Positions 25,581-37,150 of a stretch of DNA of 64,000 nucleotides are shown here, in pieces. The notes below the pieces were generated by a model. That model was not told the origin of the DNA and ran no database searches. It saw nothing but the letters and a program-made list of their open reading frames with translations. This DNA is from Cyanophora paradoxa CCMP329 (lineage: Eukaryota > Plantae > Glaucophyta): the NCBI GenBank assembly GCA_004431415.1, contig QPMI01000185.1, positions 1 to 64,000 on the forward strand, given 5' to 3'. Within the stretch, counting starts at the first letter, position 1; every line of letters begins with the position of its first letter. Position numbers and translations under genes: made by a program.

Positions 25581-26658
25581 CATGCTGTCGCGGCCTCGAT
25601 CGCCGGGCCGGCCCGGGCCCGCTTGGCGCAGCAGCCCGCCCTGGGGGTGGACGGGGCCGCGGCCGGGGGCCGCAGGGCACGCCACGGCCGGGCGCCCGGG
25701 AAGACAGGGGCCGGGGGGGCCGGGGGGCGTGCCGGGGCCCAGGGCGTACGCGTGCCGGGCGGCGGCGGGGGATGCATATGGGAAGGGCCGGCGCCCAGGG
25801 CGTGGCAGGCGGCGGCGGGGGGTGCATATGGATGGGGCCGGCGCTGCAGCTGCGGGCTGCATGCGCAGCGGTGGAGGGGGTGCAGGGGCTGGGGGACCAC
25901 GGGACGTGCGGGGCCCAGGGCGTGCCGGGCGGCGGCCCGCGGCAGGGGATGGGTGGGGCCCGGTCGGCGCTGCGGGCTGCACGCACAGCTGGTGGGTGCA
26001 GGGGCCGGGGGGCCGCGGGACATGCCGGGCCGGGGCCCAGGGCCGCGGGCGTGCCGGGCGGCGGCCCGCGGCAGGGGGTGGGTGGGGCCCGGCCGGCGCT
26101 GCCGCAGTGCGGGCTGCACGCACAGCTGGTGGGGTGCAGGGGCCGGGGGGCGCGCGGGGCGTGCCGGGGCCCAGGGCATGCCGGGGGCGGCGGGGGGTGT
26201 TCGGGGCCGGCGCTGCGGGCCTGGGCTGCATGCGCAGTTCATCATGCCAGGCCAGGCCTCGGCCTAGGGACGCGCGGATACGTATACGTGGCGCGCGCGT
26301 CGCCGGGCCGCGCGCGTGCGCGCGCGCGCGCCGCTGCGAGGCTCGCGCCAGCTAGCGAGCCTGCTGCGCTGTCCGGATCCTAGCTAGGTCTGTAGCTGCT
26401 TCGATCCGGGCTGCGAGCGCTCCCTGCAGCTGGGCTCGCGCACTGCGCCGAGCTCGAGGCTAGCGCTGCTGCAGCTAGCTAGCGGCTGCTAGCCTAGTAG
26501 CCCGCGCGGCTAGCTAGCGCTAGCCCTAGCTAGAGCGCTACTAGGCTAGCTAGCCGTGGCCCATGGCAGCTTGCGCCGGCACATCGAATCGATGTGCGCG
26601 CCCATTGGCCAGATCTCGTGTGACTCATGGGCCGCGGCACAGCCGGCACACCAGGACA

Positions 26659-27826
26659 TTTTTTTTTTTTGCAAAAATGACGGTATATTGACGGCACTAC
26701 CACATCAATCTACCGGACCCTTCCGAAAGTAGACAAGTCGAATCTACCCAAAACCGAAGTTTACCAGTCTGCCTCACTAACAAGTAGAGAATAGCAAGAC
26801 AGCTGCCCATGGGCCCATCCTCATAAAAGGTCCTGAAAAAACAGACCTATGTACTGCGGGGAGCAAGGGTTCTCGTTTTCCGATAGCCTGCCCACGTACA
26901 CCTCAGTACATAATAGCCTATATTCCAGGATGCACGAGGCATATCCCTACGAGGAGTCACGAAAGCAGGAAAGGATCTGCGAAGGAACCCAACCTCAGAG
27001 ATAGACGACGAGAAAGAAAGAAACGTAGCGTCGCGCGCGTCGCCTACTCCTACTTCTATATCTAGGACGAGAGAAAGAGAAAGGGGGACGACTGCGGGTG
27101 GCGCGCGGCGCCCCCAACTCCGCCCACGGCGACCCGCGCGGGGCCGCCGCTGGAGCGGTTTGCCAGGGGCGAGCCGCCACCTCGCGCCGCGGTTCCTCCT
27201 CCTCGAGCTCCCGCCACCAGTGCGTGAGAACCAGTCCGCCGCCGCCAGACACCTGCCCCCGATCGCAGCGCGGCCGCGGCGAGGCTCCACCGTCGCCGAC
27301 CCGCCGGCGGGCGCCCCCGGGTGCCCGCAGGAGAGAGACGCGGGCCGCCGGAGGACGAGGACCCGAGAGCGGAGCAGAGAGGAGAGTCCCGGCGCCGGAG
27401 GAGACGCACAGGAGGACCCCCGCGCGGCGGAACCTCGGCGGCCGCCGGTCATTGAGAGGCCGGCGTCATCTGGCGGAAGGAATGGTCCTACTCGCTCCGC
27501 CTCTGCAGCCTTCTACTTTGCCGGGCGCTGTTGGATGGTGCGTCCGAAGAGCAACCTGCGCGCACGCGGGGGATCCGCCGCGCCCGGGGCGTCCTTACGC
27601 GCACGGCGTACGATCCAGGACGAGCCCAGATCGGCGCCGGACCCGCCAGGCGCGGCTGTCGATCCTTCCCGAGATTGCGCTAGCTGCCAGCGGGCGCGAT
27701 GATCCCGGGCTTGCCGGAACGCCAGCAGGCTGTAGAAGACGAAGCTGCTACGCACTGTCCCCCGCGGGGCGCACAAGGGCGCCGCCAGAGGCGGCCCTCG
27801 CAACCCCGTACCCCCCCGAGGGAAAA
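26659..27826 (-). mobile_element. Poly(A)-tailed retroposon insertion (non-autonomous or truncated non-LTR element) with a 20-bp TSD
   Basis: T12 at 26659-26670. The exact direct repeat ACAGCCGGCACACCAGGACA lies at 26639-26658 and 27827-27846, and occurs once (reverse complement) in the uninterrupted left foldback arm. Confidence 0.9.
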
Positions 27827-28390
27827 ACAGCCGGCACACCAGGACACATGGATGATCAAAACAACACGAGGCCTGGTGTGGAAAAGTGATTTCCACACGG
27901 GTATCATTTCCACACGGAACACATGTCCATTGTCCATGGCCACTAGGTACTGCCGGGCGGTACCGTGTAACACCAAATTAACAGCCCGGGGCCCGTTAAT
28001 GCAAGCGCTGCCAAAGTTACTAAGTTTAAGTAAGTTAGCAGCCAACTGGCATGCGCAACTGGCAAACAGCAATTTTGCAAGCCTTTCACTGAGTCACACC
28101 GTGTGACACTGTGACAGTTGCACTGCCGGCGTCTGCCGCATGCACTGCGGCACTGCGGCAGTGCGGGAGTCTGCGGCAATCATTGAATTGCAATTGAAGG
28201 CAACTTTTTTTGCAAGCTGCCAAAAAAAGATCTCGAGCTCAGCTCAGGCTGACGTCGACTCATGCCGCGAGTCCGACGGTCATGCGGATGCGGGTGAGAT
28301 CTTTTTTTGGTTAGCTTGCGGGCAACTAGTACTTGGCGAGTTGCCTGCAACTAGTACTTGGCGAGTTATTCCGAGCAGTCTTGGGAAGGG

Positions 28391-28677
28391 TTTCTAGAAA
28401 CAATAAAGAATTCGGAATCTTACTAGGAATATTCCAGGAATTATTCCTGGAATGGGCAGTTTTTCGGTTAATTCGGAATAACATTAATTCGCTTGCGATT
28501 TGCGATGCGGGCGCGCTCTGCTGGACGCTGTGTGCTGCGTTCTGGCGAAAATCCCGCGTACGAACAAGTACCCCCCCTTATTCGGAACAATTCCTGAAAG
28601 ATCGGCGTTTCCAGCACCATTCCAGGAATCATTCTAGGAATTATTCCTGGAATAGAATTAAAAAATGTTTCTAGAAA
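28391..28677. mobile_element. Small palindromic MITE-like element
   Basis: TTTCTAGAAA at both ends (28391-400, 28668-77), with subterminal palindromic ATTCCAGGAATTATTCCTGGAAT-type repeats at both sides. Confidence 0.55.
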
Positions 28678-29205
28678 GAATGCCATCACTGATTGCAGGC
28701 CTAGGCAATTTCAACTTTGCAGCCAACTGCATGGCAAGCTTGCCGAACTTGCAGTTGCAAGCTTGCAGCCAACTTAAGCTTGCAGGCTGGTGAAGTTGCA
28801 CTGCGGCACTGCGGCAGGCTTGCCGCTTGCATCCTGAGGCGCGCGCTCAGATCGATTCGATGGTAACGGTATTGCGGTACTATTGCCAAGTTAAAAAAAA
28901 ACGTTGGCGCGGGCCGCGCCGCCCGCGCGGCAATCGCAATCGCAATCGCAGTCTAGTCGCAAAAGACTCGCAATCATTGAATCAAGGCCGATCGCAAATT
29001 GATTCGCAATTCATCTAGATCTAGCTCTAGATCTCGGCGATCGCAATCCCTGAGCCTCGGAGTCGCGCCGGCCCGGGCGCCGGCCCCGCGCGCTCAGATC
29101 GATTCGCCAGCGCGAATCGCGATTCGCGATCGGGATTCGGGATCCCGCCCCGCCCCGTCCCGCGGCCGTTACAGTTTTTACAGTTACGTATACCGTAGCC
29201 TAGTA

Positions 29206-30424
29206 CCGTGTAACACTTAAGTAATGCGCGCACTTAAGTAATGCGGTCCCAAATTAACGCGTTTTCCGCTGGCAAAACGCATTAAATTTGAAACCGCATT
29301 AATATCGAAACGCTAAGAAACTGCTGTATGTACTACTACTACGGTACCCCCTTCCAGCAGCCAAAATTAAAGGCTTCAAAACGCATTAATTCGGTACCGC
29401 ATTAATAGCCATAATATTTTTTTTTTGAGAGACTACGGTGGGGCGAACCCCCCGTAGGTAGTGATATTAAAGACAACAAAGCAATCACAAATCAAAGATA
29501 CAGTAAACTAGCACAAAATATATACAGAATCAAGAGGGATCACGAGAAGGGACACGATCAGAAGAACGCAAAAGATAAGGAGAACGAGCACGAGGAGAAG
29601 GAGTAGAAGAGCTCAAGGGCGTCGATGCAGAAGTACTAGTCACACTAGAACGACGAGGAGCACGGGGACGCAGCAAATAAGGAGAACGAGCACGAGGAAC
29701 TACAGTCGAAGACGAAGATCTAGACGAAGACGACAAGACAGAGCTAACAGCAGAACTAGAAGACGTAGTCGCAGGAGGCAAAGGCGGTAGAACAGTAGGA
29801 GAGGCGAAACGTAGGACACCACTAGAGGGAAAGTCGAAGCTGGCGGAGTGTCTAAACGGAATCGAGATTGTAGAGTTGGTAAAACAATGGACGGCTGAAG
29901 ACTAATCTGAGGAACTGGGGACGACACGAGGAAAGGGGCAGAGCTCGGGTGCAGACTCGGAATCGGCAGTATAAGAGGAGGGGCGAAACGCAAGCCAGTA
30001 GTGACAGGGAAGGCAGACGATGGGGCTGAACCAGGCGGGAGAGGCAAATATAGCGAAGTAGAAGAGAGAGAAGGGTACACACGAGGAACGTCACCATACA
30101 CAAAATACTCGCTGCCAAAAACTATACGGTCTGACGGTCGCTGAAGATAAAGAGGCGGAACTGCCTGAGGGCTAACAGTGAGAGATGGAGGAGGAAGAGG
30201 CAGAGCTAACGACAAAGGGAACGGAATCAAAGGTACAGGGAAGGCATGGAATACACGAGGAACTGGAAGGTGGAGGGGGCCAGTGCTCCTAACTAACATC
30301 GATGAAGCATCTGATGGAGGTGACGGCAAAACAACTGAGGGTAAACTAAGTTGAGGTGAAGCGAAGATTGATACAAGGTCCAAAAACGCATTAATTACTG
30401 GCGCATTAATTAAGTGTTACACGG
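29206..30424. mobile_element. Tc1/mariner(pogo)-type MITE with TA TSD, interrupted by a retroposon fragment
   Basis: 24-bp TIR CCGTGTAACACTTAA(G/T)TAATGCGC with 1 mismatch, TA on both sides, and internal CGCATTAA repeats. A related orphan left end TA|CCGTGTAACAC occurs at 27961. Confidence 0.85.
29417..30381 (-). mobile_element. 5'-truncated non-LTR retroelement 3' fragment
   Basis: T10 at 29417-26. The minus strand is pyrimidine-rich with Pro/Ser/Leu-rich ORF remnants (29700-30383, 29530-29781) and a terminal hairpin just before the poly(A). No clear TSD. Confidence 0.7.
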
Positions 30425-31235
30425 TAGTACTACGGACTACGTATACCGCGATCGCGACTGCAAGCCAGTGCAAGGCCCAATTCAATGATTGCAATTTGCA
30501 AGTCTACTTGTACGGTACGGGCCGTACGGCCGCGCCGCGGCGGAGTACTACCGTAGTACTACTAGTACTGTAGTCGTACGGACAGCTGCACTGCAGCTGG
30601 CGGCAGGCGCCGGCAGCCTGGCAGACTCTGAGACTGCAGTCTACGCCGACTCTACGGTACTACGTTTCCGAAGTTCGCAATTCATGATTGCAAGTTCGCG
30701 CATGCATATGCGCGCATCGATCAGCTGCAGTGCAGCCACGATCAGCACCGGTACGTATACGTACTATAGCTAGTGCACGATCGCAATCGATATCGGCGGC
30801 GGCAGCTCGCTGCACTGCCACTGGGCCAGGCTGCACGGCACCGTATACATTTCGAGCAACCGTCGCCACCGACACGCGTACGTACGCGTGCACAGCCTGG
30901 CAGCCCCGGCGCCGGCGGCTCCGTATACATTTCAAAGTTTCGAGCTCACGATCGGTGCGCGAGTTGATCATCGGATATCGATGTGCCGCAGTGCATGCAT
31001 ATGCTCATGACACCAATACCGCAATCATGATCATTGATCATGAATCGTCCTTAAGCTTAGGCCTGATATGTATCGATCATTAGCTCAACTTGTAAGCTCC
31101 GGCTTACATACATATGCGCGCGCAGCTCCGGTCCAGATCTAATTATAACCTAGTAGACCGTACGCGTCGGACGTCGGCTCCGGCACAATCGCGATCGTGC
31201 GCGTGCATATGACGCGTACGATGGCAATCGCGAGC

Positions 31236-34200
31236 ATGTCAAGCTCCGGGGGATCCATCTCCAAGGGCGACAAACTGCTCCAGATTACTGTCTCGGTCAT
31301 CACTGTCGCAGTGCTTCTGCTGGCCCGATCCGGCACCGCCGAGGCAGTGTGCAGGCTCGCCACCGGATGCGAAGACTGTACAAACAGCTTCGACGACGAT
31401 GGTGCGCACATATATGCATGCATATGCGCGCCCAATCGCGCCGGCGCCCCGCCGCAGCGCTAGCGAGATGCGAATGCATATATATGCTAATCTTACGCCA
31501 AATCCGAAAGAATGCGTGTACTGCAAGTCCAAATTCGACTCGGCCAAGTTCTTTTGCTTTGATTTAAACGACGCCGACGACGAAGAAGATTTCGAAAACT
31601 ATTGCTCCACCAAGAAATCGGACGTTGTCGTCTTACCATCCAATTGCCCCAAATCGGGGGGCTCGGGCTCGAGCTCTTCGGGCTCGAATTCGGATTCGGG
31701 ATCGATATCGATATCAGATTCACCGAAATCGAGTTTTTGGTCCTCCGTCAACACCGCATGGGTTACTGTGCTTGTGATTGCTGTCGTATTCCTCCTCTGT
31801 TTTTGTCGGTGCGCAATTTTGATTGTATTATAACTTCAACTATATCTGAATCCGTGCACGATCGCGATCACATGTATTCCCGTGCGCAGTCAATCAAGAC
31901 AGGGGGCGAGGGAGTACGCCGCAAAGGCGGCAGCCGCTCGTGAGCGGATCGCGGCCGCAAAGAGAAAACTGCAGGAAGCGGCTCCCGCCCCCGCAGTTGG
32001 TCCCGGGCCCGCTCTTGCACCGGTCGCGGCTCCCGCGACGTTGGCTCGAGACGGCTTCTCGTACTGCTCGGCTCCCAGCAGCGCGCTCTTCATGATATCC
32101 CATCAATGGACAGAGGTGATATATATGCTTGCGTTCGCACATATATATATATATAGATATCATAGTGTGCCTGGCCATGGGCCTGTGCATGACCCCCAAT
32201 TTTGAGCACGATCTTATTATCTAGATCTGCAGCTGGACCTTTAGGTTAATTTAGCTTGAAAATAATTATATATAAGTTCTGTCTGACATCGTTCGAATTC
32301 CAGAGCCTCGACTCGGACTACTCGCGCAACGTACACAAAATGAAGCCCTTCTTCGAGAGCGTCTTGGGCACGGCCTGCGCCGTCGCGCAGGATGCCGGCG
32401 TTTCCGGGGAAGGCCCCTGGGCCGACTTCTGCTGCATGGACCAGACCGCCTCCGACGAGGTCAAGATGAAGCAGGTCATCGAGTCGTGGGACGGGTGAGT
32501 GTTGAGGCGCGGACCGGGGTGGGACATTGATCACGAGTCGTACGCGTGGGTCAACATTAAATTATTTTTGATATCGCAGGCGCCGTCCTATCATAGTATG
32601 GCTAGGCCTCGCGATCGGCGATCGCGAAATCAGCTATCTTGCTATAGCTAAGTTATAAACTTGAAAATTAAAAATTGACATCCGATGTCGATCGCAGGTA
32701 TGCCGACAAACTGACGCTGCTCCTGTATATGTGTGGCCCGGAGACGGCTCAAAAACTTCACAATTACTTGTACGGTAACGGCATGACCCAAGTCAAGATG
32801 AGACTCGCCGCCGCGAGGCAGCAGAAGAAAGAGTCCAACAAACTCGACTGGAATATCATGAACACGAGCACCTTCCGAGGCGAAGACCACCTGGCCAGGG
32901 ACAGATTCAAGAAGGCAGCGATCAGGGAGTTCCTGTTCGACTTGGTTCCAAAGCGCATTTGGATCGTCGCGGAGCTTTCGCTGATGTACCACAACGACAA
33001 GCTCCTCCAGAATCTCGGCGCGCTTCTAGGATATGTTTAGTTTGCGTGGCCCCGCTTTTCTGCTGCTGACCAACCTAATAACGAATTCGCAGCATTCACA
33101 ATCGCCGTGGTACGCAGGCACTATAAGTGGGTGCGTTAATGCTGTTCTAAATCCTGGAGTAGAGTAGAAAGTCGTATTATATTAGCTATATAAAATTAAA
33201 TCTAGAGACGCATATGGAGGAGTGCGGGGATCCAAATTCGAAACCGAAAACGCTGGCGCCTCCGGTCCCCCGCTCGTCACGGCGTGATCGCCTACCGCAT
33301 CCCTTTAGCTTGCGGCGTGCGCCGCCCTGCCGCTGCCCTTCCATGGCCACAATAAATCACCGCCGCCTATATCTAGGTCTAGATAGGCTAGGATATAGGC
33401 TAGACCTAGACACACACCACAATCCGAAGGAAGGAGAAGGGGGCGCTCTGATTTTCGATCTTACGCCGCCAATGATCACTTCTCGCAATATTAATCGTTT
33501 GCGATCAGAACGAGACGGTTGGTGAAGTCGGTCAAGAATTCGCCGCGTTCTTCCAGGAATGCGCCGGTACCGTCTCGCTCGATTTTCCGCTGGGGAATGA
33601 GAAGAAGGGCTTCGATGGCTTCCGGCACGGCTCCCCTCAAAAGCCTTTCATGGGACGGATCGCATCCACGGGGAAAAAGATCATGTTCATGGGAGGGTTT
33701 TGCGCTCCGGGTTTCTTCAGACCCAAAGGCGTCGATACGTACGAGCCCCTTAACGAATTCGACTGCAAACTCGAGATTGATCGGTGAGCGTGCTTCCCAA
33801 GTTCCGGAACTTAATACGAATTTTTAGCTCTGGAGTGGCCTTGTACATGTCCTGCGTCCTCGAATATTTATAATCGATATCACAGATTCCGTATTGTCCA
33901 TTTGGCGAAAACTGGCCAATGGATTTCATCCGTGGAGATCGCAAAGGAAGAGGCACACAAGCAGAAAGCCCCCTACACGGAAGAATTAGTTCTGTGAGCT
34001 GCATGCGTCTTGATATCGCTATTAGTGTCTTCACTGCCTTTTTCGGGGCTCACTGCATGCGCAGGGCTCGTTCAGACAAATACAGGACTTTTTGGGCTTA
34101 TTATTGGACACATATTACAATGTTTCTTTACCTGGGTCCTCTGATTATTTTAATGGTCTGTGGGATGCTGATAATTCTTGTAATCCTACTTCCTTTAGCG

Positions 34201-34362
34201 TGTTGCGAGAAGTGTTGCCAGCAGAATAATCAGAGTAGTGACGGCACTCAAAGCGGCACACCTTCTGATTTCAACTCCAACTTGGCCAAGTTCCGTCTTA
34301 AAGAGAAGCCTGCAGCGAGCGCTTTTAGCAGCACAGTTAACATCAAAATTGATGACAGTTAA
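31236..34362 (+). CDS. Receptor-like membrane protein: signal peptide, PSI-like Cys-rich ectodomain, TM helix, HET (PF06985-like) domain, further C-terminal hydrophobic helices
   Basis: Signal LLQITVSVITVAVLLLARSGTAEA. Cys pattern C-x5-C-x2-C...C-VY-C...C...C...CP. Ser-rich linker, then TM AWVTVLVIAVVFLLCFC. HET-like motifs ISHQW (32095), WADFCCMDQ..EVKMKQV (32418) and RIWIVAE (32954). Exon joining after 33040 is less certain. Confidence 0.7.
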
Positions 34363-34544
34363 ACGTTTATTATTAGATGAGTAAGCTTATCACGTGATGA
34401 ATAATCATGAATGACCGCCTGTCTTGTCGCAAAATTCAAGTTCTAGATGCGATCCGAGCTACACGTTTTGAACCTTGGCCGCGGCCCGCGGCCGCCCTTC
34501 GGTGCTGTCTTTTCAATTTGGCGCCGAGGGATCGGGGCTCTCCT

Positions 34545-35270
34545 CACCCTGCCTCCCGCCCTCTCCCTCCCGTCCCCCCCCCCCCCCCTCCCCCCATCCC
34601 CTCCCGTCTCTCCCCCGCGATTTTGATGTACAGATGTTCTTTTGCAGTGTGAGCGAACTTACACGTACAGTACGAATATATCGGCGGATAAGTTAATGGC
34701 CCCTGCACCTGGGCCCTGCGCTGCCTGGCCGCCTCGACTTTCCGCAACGTCAACCGAGAGGGCCCGGGGTCACATCTGCATGGACCTCTTATAATTAATA
34801 GAGCTATCAGAGCTTTGAATTCACAAGCGACTATTGTAATGGCTATTAGAGCTTATTAGAAATTTCTTTAATTCGGCTGGTCCGCTTTCCGCAATGCCAT
34901 ATTTAATTAACCGAGAGGGCCCGGGGTCATATCTGCATGCATGCCAGCCGGTGTCAAGCCAGCGGCTAGGATGCTCTGGGGCGGGGCGGGCGGGGTGGGG
35001 GGTGGTGGCCACCCCCCCACCCCCCCCCCCTTCCCGCCCCTCCCAAGCCCCCCCCCCCCCGCCCCCCCCCCCCCTCTCCCGTCCCGTCCCGTCTCCTCCC
35101 GCGATTTCAATGTACAGATGTTATTATGCAGTGTGAGAGAACATACACGTACAGTGCGAATATATCTGCCCATAAGTTAGTGGCCCCCTGCACCTGGGCC
35201 CTGCGCTGCCTGGCCGCCTCCACTTTCCGCAAGCGAGCGGGGCGCGCGGGGTCATATCTGCGTGCCGGGC
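34545..35270. repeat. Diverged local direct duplication (~480-bp spacing)
   Basis: CCCGCGATTT..ATGTACAGATGTT...GCCCCTGCACCTGGGCCCTGCGCTGCCTGGCCGCCTC..CTTTCCGCAA at ~34614-34747 and ~35098-35232. Confidence 0.85.
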
Positions 35271-35369
35271 CGGGACGCGCGCGCGCGCGCCGGCGTCAAG
35301 TCATGATCAGAAGCTAGGATGCTGTGGGGGGAGGGGGGGGGGGGGGGGGGAGGGCGGGCGGGCGCACCC

Positions 35370-36930
35370 CGAGGGCCGATACGGCCGCGGCGAGGAGGGC
35401 CCCTTCGTCTACCCCCTGCGAGGAGAAGGGCGCCGAGGTCAGAGCGGAGCGTAAGAGAAGCGAGCGACGGGAAGAATAGAGTAATATATCACGAATCAAA
35501 GAGACTTCTAAAGCTCTATAATATATCACGAATCACGACCCCCTGGGAGAAGAGCGTCAGAGCGGAGCCCTTAAGAGAAGCGAAGCAAAGGTCGCTTGTA
35601 AATTTAATTCTAATAGCTCTAATAGCTCTAAAAGTAAACTTAAAGCTCTAATAGCCATTTCTCCTCCGGGAGGGCGGGAGGGCGGGCGTGCCTCGTTGCG
35701 GGAGGCGCGGAGGCGCCCGGAGCGGTCCTCGATCGCCTCGGCGCAGTCGACAAAGGCGCAGCCGGTCACGCGCACGCCGCGGGAGGCGCCCGCCGTCATC
35801 ACGCCGGCCGCCGCGATCCGCTCGAAGCGGCAGCGGTCCACCTGTCCGAGGCGTGAGCGGCAGCGGCGGGAGCGGCACCGGGAGCGGCGTGCTCGCCTCG
35901 GCGCATGCGACGTTGCCGAAGACGATACCCGCTCGGCAGTCCAGGACCTGGGTACCCTCCAACCGGACGGCCCCGTCCACGCGCATGCTGCGCACGAAGG
36001 AAAGGAAAGGAGGGAGGAACGAGGGGGGGTACGGTACGGGGGATACCTGAAGAGGCCGGTGCTGCAGTTCTGCAGGCGGCAGTTGCGCACGAGGAGGCGG
36101 CCCGGGCGGTCCCGCGCGTATCCGTCGACGACCCCCGCGGCGCCGCCCCCGTCGATGACGCACGACTCGATGCACACCGTGTGGCCCCCTCCCGAGGTCA
36201 TTCCCTCCACGTACACTGTCGGCGCGGCGGCGCGTATACGTACGCGCCCGTCAGAGCCGCTGCGGTCGCGGCCGTGCGCTCTAATCGAAGCCGGCGCCGA
36301 GGCCGGGCGCCGCACCGGTCCCGTTGATGGCCAGGCGGCTGACGAGCACCTCCGCTGAGAGAGCGATGATCCGCACCACTTCCGTCGAGTTGGCGTTTGC
36401 CTGCGGCGAAAGCGCGCGGGCGGCACCGACCGGTACCGGTCAGCGCGCAGCTTGCGCGGCCCTCGCCGCAGCGCCAAGCGGATCGTACCCGCACGAGCTG
36501 CGTCATCATTCCCCGTGCGTCCTGGCTCCCGACGATCGCGAGCGACCCGCCTTTCGGCGGCCGTAGAAGTGCATAATTTGCCACGGTGTGCACGCCCGGT
36601 TTCAGAATCACGGTCCCGCTGTCGACGCGGTTAGCTTCGTGAACTTAAGTCGAAGAACTAAGCGATGCGCAAGACAGCTAAGCACGCAGTGGCGACTCCA
36701 GGAGCGCAGGGATCTAGAGACAGCGGTCGTGCGCGTGCCCGCGGTCGAGGGCCCCGGCGGAAGCCGTCAGGCACGAACAGGCGCGCGAACCTGCAACCAA
36801 TGGCCTCCAGCGCCTGATCGAGCGTAGTGTACGCCCCCGGAGGAGCAGGTTCGTTTGGCGTCGGGAGGTGTACGAACACGATGGGGGAGGGGAGCGGGCC
36901 GAGACCCTCTGGGAGGGCGTCGGCGGCCAT
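35370..36930 (-). CDS. Right-handed parallel beta-helix (pectin-lyase-like) protein; 3' end uncertain
   Basis: YTTLDQAL, ILKPGVHT, VCIESCVID, LLVRNCRLQNC, VRLEGTQVLDC, VDRCRFERI, VRVTGCAFVDC are typical beta-helix coils across spliced exons. Confidence 0.7.
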
Positions 36931-37150
36931 GATTGCTTGCACGCGTGCGGCAGCCCGCTTGCGGCAGCCGCGTTCACGCTGCGGCCGAGAACCACTCGCG
37001 CAACCGCTTGGGGGCGGCCAGGGACGCTACTACGCGCTTCGGATGAGCTATGAGATGCACTACGCGTTGCACCGATCGGCTTTACTGGGCTCGTCGCTTG
37101 GCTTGCGCTGAGGCTGTACCCCCAGCAATCAGGTTAAACTTGCTAAGAAC

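Larger units (their letters stand above)
22151..27921. mobile_element. Non-autonomous foldback DNA transposon with long TIRs, TGT...ACA termini and CATG flanks (Ginger-like)
   Basis: The left arm (22151-22363 + 22743-23020) is the near-perfect reverse complement of the right arm (26252-26658 + 27847-27921). Both ends are flanked by CATG (22147-50, 27922-25). Looser GC-rich inverted similarity continues inward, and no transposase is visible. Confidence 0.85.

Noticed and set aside
22700-26550. Long Gly/Ala/Arg/Pro ORFs (e.g. 25229-26383, 25410-26267)
   Set aside because: These are stop-poor by-products of GC-rich inverted and tandem repeats, with no domain motifs.
27740-27826. HDV-like or hammerhead ribozyme at the retroposon 5' end
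   Set aside because: Only ~16 nt lie between the candidate P1 strands, too few for P2/P3/L3, and there is no CUGANGA/GAAA core. Retained only as generic structure.
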